From Chloroflexota bacterium (lineage in GTDB: Bacteria; Chloroflexota; DTOL01; DAOUCN01): DNA of 51,064 nt. Position 1 is the first letter of the stretch. Each line of letters opens with the position of its first letter. The position numbers and the translations under genes were made by a program. The notes below the pieces were generated by a model. That model was not told where the DNA came from, made no database searches, and saw only the letters and a program-made list of their open reading frames with translations. Below, piece after piece: positions 1 to 7,876 of this stretch. The DNA lies in NCBI GenBank assembly GCA_034431995.1, contig DAOUCN010000125.1:1-51064 (forward strand), written 5' to 3'.

Positions 1-109
1 GCCTGGGGGGTGCGCCCCCCACTACCCCCTCACAGCGACCGAGGTGTCACAGCGACCGAGGTGTCACAGCGACCGAGGTGTCACAGCGACCGAGGTGTCA
101 CACCGACCG
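1..109. repeat. Terminal direct repeat, left copy (partner 50979..51064)
   Basis: nt 1-86 reappear at 50979-51064 with one A/G mismatch (nt 32 vs 51010). The left copy has 4 full 17-bp units and the right copy 3. GGGGGG-TGCG-CCCCCC hairpin at nt 5-20. Confidence 0.85.
34..101 (+). repeat. Tandem array 4 x 17 bp (AGCGACCGAGGTGTCAC), followed by a degenerate partial unit ACCGACCG
   Basis: Perfect head-to-tail units at 34-50, 51-67, 68-84 and 85-101, read directly. Confidence 0.95.
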
Positions 110-171
110 CGCGGCGCGCGCGCGCGAAGCACAGAGCCCTGTCCACGGTGCTTGCAGGGGTGTAGACGCAA

Positions 172-206
172 CTGTCCCCCGATCGGCGCGGCCGACCAGG
201 GGACAG
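172..206 (-). terminator. Stem-loop downstream of the last leftward gene (candidate terminator)
   Basis: Outer stem CTGTCCCC (172-179) / GGGGACAG (199-206) with an inner TCGGC-GCG-GCCGA stem. Lies about 90 nt past the stop at 299. Only a weak T-run follows on the minus strand. Confidence 0.4.
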
Positions 207-298
207 GGGTTGGCGAGAGCCTAGGCTAGAGCCAGGTCAGGATGAACCAAACAGCGACCACGACGAACCATGCTGTGAGCTTTGACATGGTGGGGCGC

Positions 299-688
299 CT
301 ACTTCGTCCAAGACAGCTGGTCTCGGTTCGCCTCGATGTACTCTTGGATCCGGGGGGCGAACTGGAGGAGGCGCATCCACTGGGGAGCGTACAGCGTGAC
401 AGGGTAGCGGCCGAGGCCTGTCACCTTGACGTTCTTCTTCTCTCCCATTGACACTCCCAGGTGGCTGCCTTGCGTGCTGGTACGCTGGAGCAACCTGGCG
501 TTCTCGGCACGGAGGCGTTCGAGCTCGGCGAGGAGGTTAGCAGGTGCCGTGTCATCCGACTGAGCAGGTGCCGGTTCCGGGGTCGCCAAGCAAGCCTTGG
601 CGGCCGTCACGCCGTCGGCCTCGATGGGGACGCCCTGACTGTGGGCGGCGATGATCTTCTCAGCCACGTCCTTCGTCATGGTGTTCAT
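299..688 (-). CDS. Hypothetical early protein (129 aa)
   Basis: ORF 299..733 trimmed to the ATG at 688, which is preceded by AGGAGG with a 6-nt spacer. No domain recognised. Confidence 0.7.
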   Translation of the reverse strand: MNTMTKDVAEKIIAAHSQGVPIEADGVTAAKACLATPEPAPAQSDDTAPANLLAELERLRAENARLLQRTSTQGSHLGVSMGEKKNVKVTGLGRYPVTLYAPQWMRLLQFAPRIQEYIEANRDQLSWTK

Positions 689-792
689 GTTCGACCTCCT
701 AGTTGTGGGCGGCGGGATTGCCGCTGGAGCCATTGTGGCCCGGCCGGACCTGCCCGGTCAGGTGCCATGTCAGGTGCCGGCTGGCCTCGGTG

Positions 793-1002
793 TCAGGGCA
801 GCCAGGGCATGGGCCGCCCAGCCAGCGCTTCACATACTCGTTGTCTGGCGTGTTCCTCCTCCTCCATTTGGCGAGTCATCTCCTTGACGCAGGCAGCGTC
901 CTCGGGCGACAGGGCGTGCTCGTGCCGGGGGACACGCAGGCACACCAACAGGGCACTCAGCTGTCTGTCAGACAGCAGGGACATCCACACTGGGACGTTC
1001 AT
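793..1002 (-). CDS. Hypothetical protein (69 aa)
   Basis: ORF track; ATGA start/stop overlap with the upstream gene at 999-1002. Confidence 0.6.
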   Translation of the reverse strand: MNVPVWMSLLSDRQLSALLVCLRVPRHEHALSPEDAACVKEMTRQMEEEEHARQRVCEALAGRPMPWLP

Positions 1003-1250
1003 GACTTCACCACGACGACAACCTGGCTGACAGTCAGCTCGTCTCTGTAGACTGTGACGTCCTCCCCGTCGAGGTAGCCCAGAATGTCCACCACGCCCTC
1101 AACCAAGCGCTCGGCTTCGGCGTGAGACAGGCTCCAGCGAGACTGCCAGGCGGCCATCGACTGAGCCGGATCATTCTGGGCAGCCAAAAGGTGCGCCAAA
1201 GGCTGTTCCCCTGGCTTTCCGGGCTTCGTGGGCTTCGCGATGTCAGACAT
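999..1250 (-). CDS. Hypothetical protein (83 aa)
   Basis: ORF track; ATG at 1250 preceded by GAGGAG. Confidence 0.7.
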   Translation of the reverse strand: MSDIAKPTKPGKPGEQPLAHLLAAQNDPAQSMAAWQSRWSLSHAEAERLVEGVVDILGYLDGEDVTVYRDELTVSQVVVVVKS

Positions 1251-1259
1251 AGGCTCCTC

Positions 1260-1469
1260 TCACGCCTCGTTGTAGGGGGGCTGGATGGCCCGGAGCCAAG
1301 TGGTGATCTCCTGGCCACGCACGTTATCCAGGCTGACAGTGTGGAATGGCTGTCTGGCGTAGAACTCGAACGCCTCGGCAGCCTGGCCCGTCTCATCGTC
1401 GGTGAAGACACGGGAGAACAGGCCGGGGGGCTTGTCAGGCTCGTAGATGAAGACAGACAGGATGAACAT
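1260..1469 (-). CDS. Hypothetical protein (69 aa)
   Basis: ORF 1260..1535 trimmed to the ATG at 1469 (MFILSVF...), which is preceded by GGAGGTG. Confidence 0.65.
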   Translation of the reverse strand: MFILSVFIYEPDKPPGLFSRVFTDDETGQAAEAFEFYARQPFHTVSLDNVRGQEITTWLRAIQPPYNEA

Positions 1470-1621
1470 CAGACACCTCCATTGGCTCGTCAGAGCCAGG
1501 TTGCGGCCAGCCATCATGGCCGGCGGTGCGACCATTATAGCCCGGCGGCCACTGGTACACGGGAAAGAAGGCCCCCTGGAGCCTGACAGGAGGTAGGTCG
1601 CCAGGCCCCAGGAGGGTGTGA

Positions 1622-1658
1622 TCCGTATACGCAGATACTAGATCTGTCCGTATACGGA
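1622..1658. promoter_or_regulatory. Two GTATAC-core operator-like sites (TCCGTATACGC 1622-1632; perfect 12-bp palindrome TCCGTATACGGA 1647-1658)
   Basis: Same 9-nt core TCCGTATAC as the triple repeat at 7877-7919. Sits in the 183-bp intergenic gap between 1469/1535 and 1718. AT-rich island in GC-rich DNA. Confidence 0.55.
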
Positions 1659-1717
1659 GTCGTCGCAGGTGAACTCTTCTTGACAGCGGGAGAGGCCCTC
1701 GCAGCGGTCAGGATGCA

Positions 1718-1888
1718 TCAGTGGCTAACCTCGCGTTTGCGGTGGTGAGTGAGCGTGCTGGACAGGATACGCCAGCGTTCGAGCTCGATGGAGCACTCTG
1801 CACACACCTTCCAGGCCAACTCATGGGAAGGCTGAGCAGGGTGACAGATGAGGGGCTTCTGACAGAGTGTGCAGAGTGGCTGGGTCAT
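1718..1888 (-). CDS. Small Cys-rich zinc-ribbon-like protein (56 aa)
   Basis: MTQPLCTLCQKPL...CAECS has two CxxC pairs. ATG at 1888 behind AGGAGG. ATGA overlap with the upstream gene. Confidence 0.6.
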   Translation of the reverse strand: MTQPLCTLCQKPLICHPAQPSHELAWKVCAECSIELERWRILSSTLTHHRKREVSH

Positions 1889-2244
1889 GGGACCTCCTGA
1901 CAGCCAACACCTCGGGTGCCGGTGATGCGAGGGGTAATCGGAGGGCCATGACGAGGAGTGGGCTCGTAGGTGTAGGCGTAGCAGCACAGCAGGTGACTGG
2001 TCACCGACCGACAGTAGCCGTCGTAGCCGGGAGTCGGCTGGGGCTGAGACTGGTCACTGATACGCCGCCGATCTATCTGGGGCAGAGAGGGCAGGTAGTC
2101 AGGCTGCGTGTAGAACTGGATCTGGGGCACAGGGGTGGGATTACCACCTGGTTCCGCGGGGAAACAACTGTGCAGGATGAAGCTGAGACAGATCAGCGCC
2201 GTCGCGAGCAGGTAGTAGAGGGTGAGCCGCTGCAGGGAGGTCAT
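1885..2244 (-). CDS. Hypothetical membrane or secreted protein (119 aa)
   Basis: ORF 1885..2322 trimmed to the ATG at 2244 (ATGA overlap with the upstream gene). N-terminal hydrophobic helix LTLYYLLATALICLSFIL. Confidence 0.6.
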   Translation of the reverse strand: MTSLQRLTLYYLLATALICLSFILHSCFPAEPGGNPTPVPQIQFYTQPDYLPSLPQIDRRRISDQSQPQPTPGYDGYCRSVTSHLLCCYAYTYEPTPRHGPPITPRITGTRGVGCQEVP

Positions 2245-2597
2245 GACAGGCACCGTGCGACAGTGGGATCGACCTGATCCCCGATGTAGTGGCCCTTGGG
2301 ATGGGTGGCAGCGAAGCACCACTCCTTGACGCGCTCCTCAAGGACCATGCCGTGGATGACAGGCCAGTCTCGCAGGCACTGGAGGCAGTCTACCAACTCC
2401 AAAGCCACACCAGCAGCTTGTCGATTGAGGCTGCGTAGCTGAGTGTCGATGCCACAGCAGGCGATGGAAGGGTAGCCGCGGCTATCAACTTCCCAGATGT
2501 GGGTGAGACGGGCGTCGGGATCGCTGTTTCTGAGGCCGGCGGAGAACCAGCCGGTGCAGAATCCAGCGGGAAAGTAGCTTTGCATAACGCCATACAT
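2241..2597 (-). CDS. Hypothetical protein (118 aa)
   Basis: ORF track; ATG at 2597 behind AGGAGGA. Element copy a lies just upstream. Confidence 0.7.
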   Translation of the reverse strand: MYGVMQSYFPAGFCTGWFSAGLRNSDPDARLTHIWEVDSRGYPSIACCGIDTQLRSLNRQAAGVALELVDCLQCLRDWPVIHGMVLEERVKEWCFAATHPKGHYIGDQVDPTVARCLS

Positions 2598-2611
2598 GGG
2601 GTTCCTCCTAT

Positions 2612-2654
2612 CTCGTCGGGCCTCCGGCCCTCCGAGGGCCTGGGGTTTGAGCCC
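2612..2654 (-). repeat. Dispersed bipartite element, copy a
   Basis: Minus-strand reading GGGCTCAAACCCCAGGCCCTCGGAGGGCCGGAGGCCCGACGAG; hairpin GGGCC-GGA-GGCCC. Confidence 0.85.
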
Positions 2655-2860
2655 TCCCGGCCATCGCAGGGCCAGACAACCAGATCCCTAGAGCTAACTG
2701 TTCTCGTAGGGGCTGACTGGGGCTGACTCATCCCAGATCCTCGGGGGCTAGAGGGAAAGGGGCCACTCGCACTATTCACTATCGCCCCAGGGTCGTCACT
2801 GATCCAGTGGATCTCAGATCAAGCGAGCAAGCGACAGGGAACAGTGGCCCCGAGTCCACA

Positions 2861-3211
2861 TTACGCCTGGTGGTTCTTGACGACGATGCCCAGGGCCTGG
2901 CACGCCCGGAAGGCGTGGTAGCGGAAGTGGCCCTTGGGGCAGTTGGCGAAGTCCGCGCTGCGGGACAGGGTCACGATGGCGCGGTTGGTACGCGCATCGA
3001 GGCGCCGAAAGGCGTTGCGAGGGAGGGCGTTGGCCCGGATGACGCCGGTGATGGAGGTCTTGAGGGCCTTGGCAGCGGCATCGCCCTTCGTGCTCTCGGG
3101 GCCACGCAAGCCGGTCAGGACATCCCAGAGCTTGGTCTTCTCGCTGTCCTCCACGTCGGGGCTGACGAGGAAGGCGTCAATGGCGTCGAGCATCTCACGG
3201 CTGGTGAGCAT
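2861..3211 (-). CDS. Hypothetical protein (116 aa)
   Basis: ORF 2861..3226 trimmed to the ATG at 3211 behind AAAGGAGA. The track start at 3226 is a TTG. Confidence 0.7.
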   Translation of the reverse strand: MLTSREMLDAIDAFLVSPDVEDSEKTKLWDVLTGLRGPESTKGDAAAKALKTSITGVIRANALPRNAFRRLDARTNRAIVTLSRSADFANCPKGHFRYHAFRACQALGIVVKNHQA

Positions 3212-3239
3212 AGGGTCTCCTTTCAAGAGAACTAGCCTG

Positions 3240-3326
3240 CTAGTGGTTGTACCATCCCGAGATCAGCAGGAAGACCAGCAGGATGGTGTAGATCACGGCT
3301 GCGACACTTCGTTCTCGGTCACTCAC
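3240..3326 (-). CDS. Possible 28-aa single-pass membrane peptide (VSDRERSVAAVIYTILLVFLLISGWYNH)
   Basis: GTG start overlapping a 4-codon mini-ORF that carries the GGGAGG RBS. Below the ORF-track size cutoff; translated by hand. Confidence 0.25.
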   Translation of the reverse strand: MSDRERSVAAVIYTILLVFLLISGWYNH

Positions 3327-3381
3327 GGCACCCTCATAGGAACCTCCCTGTTGTTTGCCGGCAAATGTGTGGGTCGCTGGG

Positions 3382-4644
3382 TCAGTCGGACAGGGGGAGA
3401 GAGCGACCGCTCTTGGTCCCTGCCACGCTGGACAACCGCCGCTTGGGACGCGGGGAGTCCAATGCGTAGTTTGGCGAGGCGAAGCAGAGCTCTTCGAGCA
3501 GGCTGGCGTACTTCTTGGCGTGCCGCTTGGTCATGGGTGGGGTGTAACAGCCCGTCTCCAGGACACGCACGGCCATGATCTCGCCAGGGAGGTAGCGCTC
3601 ACGGCACCACTTGGCAGAGAGTTCTGCGAGGTCACGGCCACAGAAGAGGCAGCCGGTGAGCTCAACCAGGGAGTAGTAGACGCCACAACTCTGACAGACC
3701 TGACAGCCATCGAGGCCGTTGAGGATCTGGAGGGACTTCTGGCGCACCTTTATGCTCCCGAACACCTTCCAGGGCAGGTGCCGACCCCTGATGCTGGCGG
3801 TTCCTCGTGGTGTGTCGGTGCCCTTCCCCTTGGAACCGCTGCTGTACTGGGTGGAGTAGGGCTTCATAGGGGACGCGCAGGCCATGGGTCCCGTGTAAGC
3901 GGTGAAGATGCGGTCGGAGAAGGCCAGCGTGGTGTCGGTGGTGCAGAGCATGGCATTGCCGTCCACATAGTACAGCCTGCGGTTCTCCAGTGAGGCGTAG
4001 GTCTCGATGTGGAAGCCAGCGAGACGAGCCGCAGAGAGCAGGGAGGACTCGGTGGAGGCCCAGACGACAGCGAAGGGCTTCTTGCCGAAACGGCCACCAC
4101 CACCGAGACCTTTGCCGTAGAACAGCTGGGCGACGGTCAGCTGCCCGTGGTACATTCGGCACAGGTAGGTGCGGAGGGGGTTGCGCTGGTCCATGTACTC
4201 GATGGCGCCGTAGCAGGACACCTCGGAGAGGTCCTTGCCCTCAGCGATGTGGGCGAAGATGTGCTGGGAATCGACATCGAAAGAGCGATTGTGCTGTCGC
4301 TGCAGGCTGTCGTGGTTGTACACGACGCCATTGTGGGCACCAATGATGTGATCGTGGGTGAAGGGGTGGTTGTTGGCGATGACGTGGGCACCAATGGTCT
4401 TGGCTCGTGTGTGGAGCATCATGGCGTGGTAGGCGCCGAAGATGTGGGAGTCGAGACTGTCAGTGAGACGAGTCTCACACTTCAGAATCTCGATGTCGTG
4501 GGCGAAGGGACGCAGGGCAGCGAAGCCCCAGCCATCCGTGCCACGCCGTTCCATTTCGACGGCTACGACCGAGCAGAACACGGGGAACATGGGTGGCGCC
4601 TGCACGAGATTGTCGCGCAGACGGTATCCGAACAGGCCGCACAT
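3382..4644 (-). CDS. Class-II (Ntn, N-terminal Cys) glutamine-amidotransferase-like enzyme with a C-terminal CxxCxxC...CxxC zinc ribbon (420 aa)
   Basis: Begins MCGLFGY. Contains blocks ERRGTDGWG, LHTRAKTIG..NNHPF, GAHNGVVYNH and DVDSQHIF, arranged as in GlmS/PurF-type GATase domains. TAATG coupling to the upstream gene. Confidence 0.8.
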   Translation of the reverse strand: MCGLFGYRLRDNLVQAPPMFPVFCSVVAVEMERRGTDGWGFAALRPFAHDIEILKCETRLTDSLDSHIFGAYHAMMLHTRAKTIGAHVIANNHPFTHDHIIGAHNGVVYNHDSLQRQHNRSFDVDSQHIFAHIAEGKDLSEVSCYGAIEYMDQRNPLRTYLCRMYHGQLTVAQLFYGKGLGGGGRFGKKPFAVVWASTESSLLSAARLAGFHIETYASLENRRLYYVDGNAMLCTTDTTLAFSDRIFTAYTGPMACASPMKPYSTQYSSGSKGKGTDTPRGTASIRGRHLPWKVFGSIKVRQKSLQILNGLDGCQVCQSCGVYYSLVELTGCLFCGRDLAELSAKWCRERYLPGEIMAVRVLETGCYTPPMTKRHAKKYASLLEELCFASPNYALDSPRPKRRLSSVAGTKSGRSLPLSD

Positions 4645-6062
4645 TAGGCTGCCCTCCTTGTGATAAGCCGGCGGGACTCCGTGACAGGCTCCAGCCAGGC
4701 CAATTGTTGGGAGAGAACGCCGCGGATGTCGGGGGACAGGACGTCCGGGATCTCTCCGTGGACAGACGAGTTGATACGATGGCCGCTGTTGTCGGCCTGA
4801 AGGGTGTAGTGCGCCAGTCTCCGGATTCGGGGACCAGACAGGGTTGGCAACGAGTGGGCCTGGTAGAGCTCGTTCCAGCGCAAGGCGATGTAGTTGCGGA
4901 GGATGGGCGGGAGGACCGCCACCAGCTGCTTGAGCCGCTCACAGGTGTAGTGAATACCCTCGGAGGAGAAAATCCGGAGGGTGCTCCAGCTGGGGACGGT
5001 GGCGAAGTTGGGCACGTCAGGGAACAGGGAGTCCAGATCGCTGTCCCGCATGGTGTAGGCGAGGTCTGCGAGGGTCGCCATCAAGGCAGCCCAGCCGAAC
5101 ATGGCCCAGCCACGCAGTTCGCCAGGGTGGATACGGACTTCCATCGTGCCACGGAAGAGCCAGGAGTGGACGTTCAGGGCACGATAGCGGAGATTGTGGC
5201 TCTGGGAGGCCCGGAGACGAGTCAGGGCGGAGGCAGAGATGCCGGTGCCGTACAGGTCAGTGTAGAGGGCACGCTTGGTAACCGCGACACGCTTGGCCAG
5301 GCTGCGATTGATGCGCCGGTCGAAGGCAGGCCCACAGGGCTGGGAGTAGTGGTTGAAGGCTCGTCCAGGGGAAGCGATGAAGAACAGGGCACGCTCCAAC
5401 CTGGCATAGAGCTTGATGTAGCGAGCAGCGGTCAGCCAGTCGAAATCCCGGCAGTCAACGTGACAGTGCATACCGGCGCGTTCGTTGACGACGCCAGCCT
5501 GGGCCTCGAAGGCGTCACCAAGTTGGGTGAGTTGGCTGTACAGGAAGTCGCCAGCGGCAGGGGAGGTGCGAAGCTCGAAGCCCTCGGTAGGGAGGGAGCC
5601 ATCGTGGCCGATGTCACAGCCCCAGCGATCAGCCACCTTGTTGACGGGAGAGGGAGCCACGCGGGGGTGCAGACCGACGCCACAGCACTCGACTTCGACG
5701 GCAGCGAGGCGAGAAGAGGACCAGACCTGGCGATTCTTCAGGCTGTCGGCGTACCAGAAGCGCCCTTCCGCGTCCCCGGTGTGGCAGACGGCCTGGCGGG
5801 AGGGAGGGGTGTCGAGGGGCAGAGCAGGCCAGTGGTCTCGCCAAGAGGGGAGGAGGACACCAGCACAAGTGTGACAAAGGTCCTGGGAGTTGACGACTAC
5901 CAGGGGCGTGTGGGCCGTCAGGCAGCGGTCGCACCGTGCTCCACCGCAGAGCAGGGGAAACTCGGTGTGACAGGCCGGACAGATGTGGCCGTCACACAGC
6001 GCGCTGGCTGGCGTGGGCCGTTGACAGTATTGACAGGGAACGGGTGGAACGACTCTGGGCAT
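4644..6062 (-). CDS. Amidoligase_2-type (glutamine-synthetase/GCS2-like) COOH-NH2 ligase with N-terminal multi-CxxC zinc ribbons (472 aa)
   Basis: Blocks AAVEVECCG, GHDGSLPTEGFELRTSP and GMHCHVD match the E-x-E / D-G-S..E..SP / H-x-H pattern of the family. The first ~75 aa hold four CxxC pairs. Strong RBS AAAGGAGG before the ATG at 6062. Confidence 0.75.
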   Translation of the reverse strand: MPRVVPPVPCQYCQRPTPASALCDGHICPACHTEFPLLCGGARCDRCLTAHTPLVVVNSQDLCHTCAGVLLPSWRDHWPALPLDTPPSRQAVCHTGDAEGRFWYADSLKNRQVWSSSRLAAVEVECCGVGLHPRVAPSPVNKVADRWGCDIGHDGSLPTEGFELRTSPAAGDFLYSQLTQLGDAFEAQAGVVNERAGMHCHVDCRDFDWLTAARYIKLYARLERALFFIASPGRAFNHYSQPCGPAFDRRINRSLAKRVAVTKRALYTDLYGTGISASALTRLRASQSHNLRYRALNVHSWLFRGTMEVRIHPGELRGWAMFGWAALMATLADLAYTMRDSDLDSLFPDVPNFATVPSWSTLRIFSSEGIHYTCERLKQLVAVLPPILRNYIALRWNELYQAHSLPTLSGPRIRRLAHYTLQADNSGHRINSSVHGEIPDVLSPDIRGVLSQQLAWLEPVTESRRLITRRAA

Positions 6063-6086
6063 TTGAACCTCCTTTCTAGGGGATGG

Positions 6087-7640
6087 TCAGACAGGATCAG
6101 TGACGACGATCTGGCCCCTACGAGTGAGACGGCCGGTCGGAGATCTCGCCAGCAGGGCTGTGGGGAGGGGATCAGACGTGATCGTGCCGCGCAGAGTGAC
6201 AGAAGGGCAATCCACGACCAGGTAGGAGATCAGTTCCTCCTCGGTGGCGTGGTTCGAGGACATGGCAGCGAGGAACTGGTCGAGCCGACGGTTGGCGCAC
6301 ACCAGGTGGGCCAGATGAGTGGGGCCAATGTGTTGCAGGCGAGAGTGAAGCTCTCCCTCGTCCAGACTGCGGCTGTGGTCCCAGAAGAGGGTGCGAATCC
6401 AGTTGTGCCAGGTGTAGCGAATCTGGTCGATCTGGTAGGCCGCGCTAAGCAGGGTCTCGAACAGGCGTCTGCTACCCAGGTTGGGGTTGCCCAAGACGGG
6501 ATGTACCCAGTCAGCCCCGCCGTACATGGCGATGGCAAGCCGGAATAGGCGGTGTTCCAGGCGCCAGATGAGCACCGCAACCAGTTCGGCTGGGTGGATG
6601 TGACTGTGCTGTTCGCCGGAAAGCGTCAGTTCGCCAGACGACAGCAGGTAGGCGCAGTATTCGCCGCCGTCAGTCAGCGTGTAGTGCCCCCGCACGAGGG
6701 GGCTGGTAGTGGAAATCTGGCGGGTGGTGCGGGTGACGTTGATGGGCCGCGACGAGTCACCACGGCCCGTCCACTGACGCCAGGTAGCCAGACGATCCCT
6801 GTAGGCGACCGAGGCCGGCACGCCGTACATCAGGAGGGTCATGAAGGGGTGCGTGTTCGACATGGCAGGCCACTGGACGGAATCAGCGGGGAGCGTCCCA
6901 AACTCAGGGACCTCGTAGACATCCCCGAAAGGGTGATGCAGAGGAATGCTGGGAACCAGCCGTTCCCAGGCACGCCGATGCACGACAGAAGCGTTGGTGC
7001 CCTGGTAGCGGAACTGAGGCCACTGCCCCATGCCAATGAACCACTGACGCTGGACGTGCACCGTGCGAGCGTGGTTGACGATGAGCCTGCCAACTTGGCC
7101 AATCACGTCAACCAGGGCTGCCGGCATCGCCGGCCGGCGAGCGGGACGTGCCGGGCGAGCGACGAACCAGGCTGGGTCCTGGGGCAGCAGGTAGAGCTTC
7201 GGGCCCATGTGGCGCAGTAAGCGCGCCGTCCAGTGGGCAGCGGGGACAGCGACCGCGTCATCCGCATTCTGGTTGGCCGGTGTGGCTGCGCGAGGCAGGA
7301 ACACGCCAACAGAACCAGGGATGACAATGCGAGAGAACGCTGCCGGTTCGAGCCACTCGGAGGGGTATCGCTGAGGTTCGAGGGGCCAGGGCAGGAACTC
7401 CGGCTGGTAGCTCTCTGGGATGTACCGGCGGTCCTGGGCATCCCGGAAAGCCTGCACGAAGGCTTCCTGGAGCAGCGCGATCCACGCATTGGGAGCATGG
7501 AGATAGGCACGCGGGTAGTAGGCCCGCTGCCAGTTGACGTTGCGCCCGATGTAGTCCACGAGGTAGTGAAGCACCAGCTCCCGCGTATCGGCACGCAGAG
7601 TAGGCGAGCCAGGCTGGACGTAGCCGATGAGATTAGGCAT
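6087..7640 (-). CDS. Large Trp-rich hypothetical protein (517 aa); first long gene of the amidoligase operon
   Basis: ORF 6087..7796 trimmed to the ATG at 7640 (MPNLIGY...) behind GGAGGG. No domain recognised. Confidence 0.75.
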   Translation of the reverse strand: MPNLIGYVQPGSPTLRADTRELVLHYLVDYIGRNVNWQRAYYPRAYLHAPNAWIALLQEAFVQAFRDAQDRRYIPESYQPEFLPWPLEPQRYPSEWLEPAAFSRIVIPGSVGVFLPRAATPANQNADDAVAVPAAHWTARLLRHMGPKLYLLPQDPAWFVARPARPARRPAMPAALVDVIGQVGRLIVNHARTVHVQRQWFIGMGQWPQFRYQGTNASVVHRRAWERLVPSIPLHHPFGDVYEVPEFGTLPADSVQWPAMSNTHPFMTLLMYGVPASVAYRDRLATWRQWTGRGDSSRPINVTRTTRQISTTSPLVRGHYTLTDGGEYCAYLLSSGELTLSGEQHSHIHPAELVAVLIWRLEHRLFRLAIAMYGGADWVHPVLGNPNLGSRRLFETLLSAAYQIDQIRYTWHNWIRTLFWDHSRSLDEGELHSRLQHIGPTHLAHLVCANRRLDQFLAAMSSNHATEEELISYLVVDCPSVTLRGTITSDPLPTALLARSPTGRLTRRGQIVVTDPV

Positions 7641-7729
7641 CAGTCCCTCCTGTGGGTGTGCTTGATGCCTTCCCAACAGCTGGGGCAGCTGAAGAAGGCA
7701 CGAAGCAAGGTGAGCAGCGATTGGATCAT
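7640..7729 (-). CDS. Small 29-aa CxxC peptide (MIQSLLTLLRAFFSCPSCWEGIKHTHRRD)
   Basis: Translated by hand. Strong RBS AAAGGAGG before the ATG at 7729. Its TGA overlaps the ATG of the 517-aa gene (TGATG). Confidence 0.45.
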   Translation of the reverse strand: MIQSLLTLLRAFFSCPSCWEGIKHTHRRD

Positions 7730-7876
7730 GGAACCTCCTTTGTGATTGTGTGGATGGATGAGGTGCGGCGCACCGCCATTGTAGCGCGGCGGCCACTACT
7801 ACGTCTCAAGACGCAGCTCTCCCATCCTCTCTCCCTCCCTTCTAGCCGCCGGGGACGGGAGGGCTGGAGCAGGAGT

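Noticed and set aside
34-101. The 17-bp tandem repeats at both ends as a possible CRISPR array.
   Set aside because: The units are directly adjacent with no spacers. The 17-bp unit is too short, and no cas genes are present.
1534-1562. A TATAAT hexamer on the minus strand (1539-1534) as the promoter for 1260..1469.
   Set aside because: There is no acceptable -35 hexamer at 16-18 nt. An isolated TATAAT can occur by chance.
2637-2654. GGGGTTTG boxes as telomere-like or G-quadruplex motifs.
   Set aside because: Each copy has only one G-run, which is not enough for an intramolecular quadruplex. The copies are dispersed, not terminal.
3382-4644. The GATase-II-like protein as a Gat-QueC-type enzyme of a 7-deazaguanine DNA-modification pathway.
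   Set aside because: The C-terminal half has no PP-loop (SGGxDS) motif. No DpdA, FolE, QueD or QueE-like genes are present in the window.
4593-6548. Long ORFs antisense to or overlapping the annotated genes (for example 4593..6548 +, 14338..16344 -, 19373..21004 +, 27686..29581 +, 40531..42519 +, 9237..10097 -).
   Set aside because: Their compositions are Arg/Gly/Ala/Pro-rich and low in complexity, typical of open non-coding frames in GC-rich DNA. They lack RBS or coupling. They lie opposite ORFs with clear motifs.
7778-7810. A candidate leftward sigma70 promoter, TTGAGA ... TACAAT, upstream of 7729.
   Set aside because: The spacer between the two hexamers is 20 nt, too long for a standard sigma70 promoter. 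The -10-like TACAAT alone is weak evidence.
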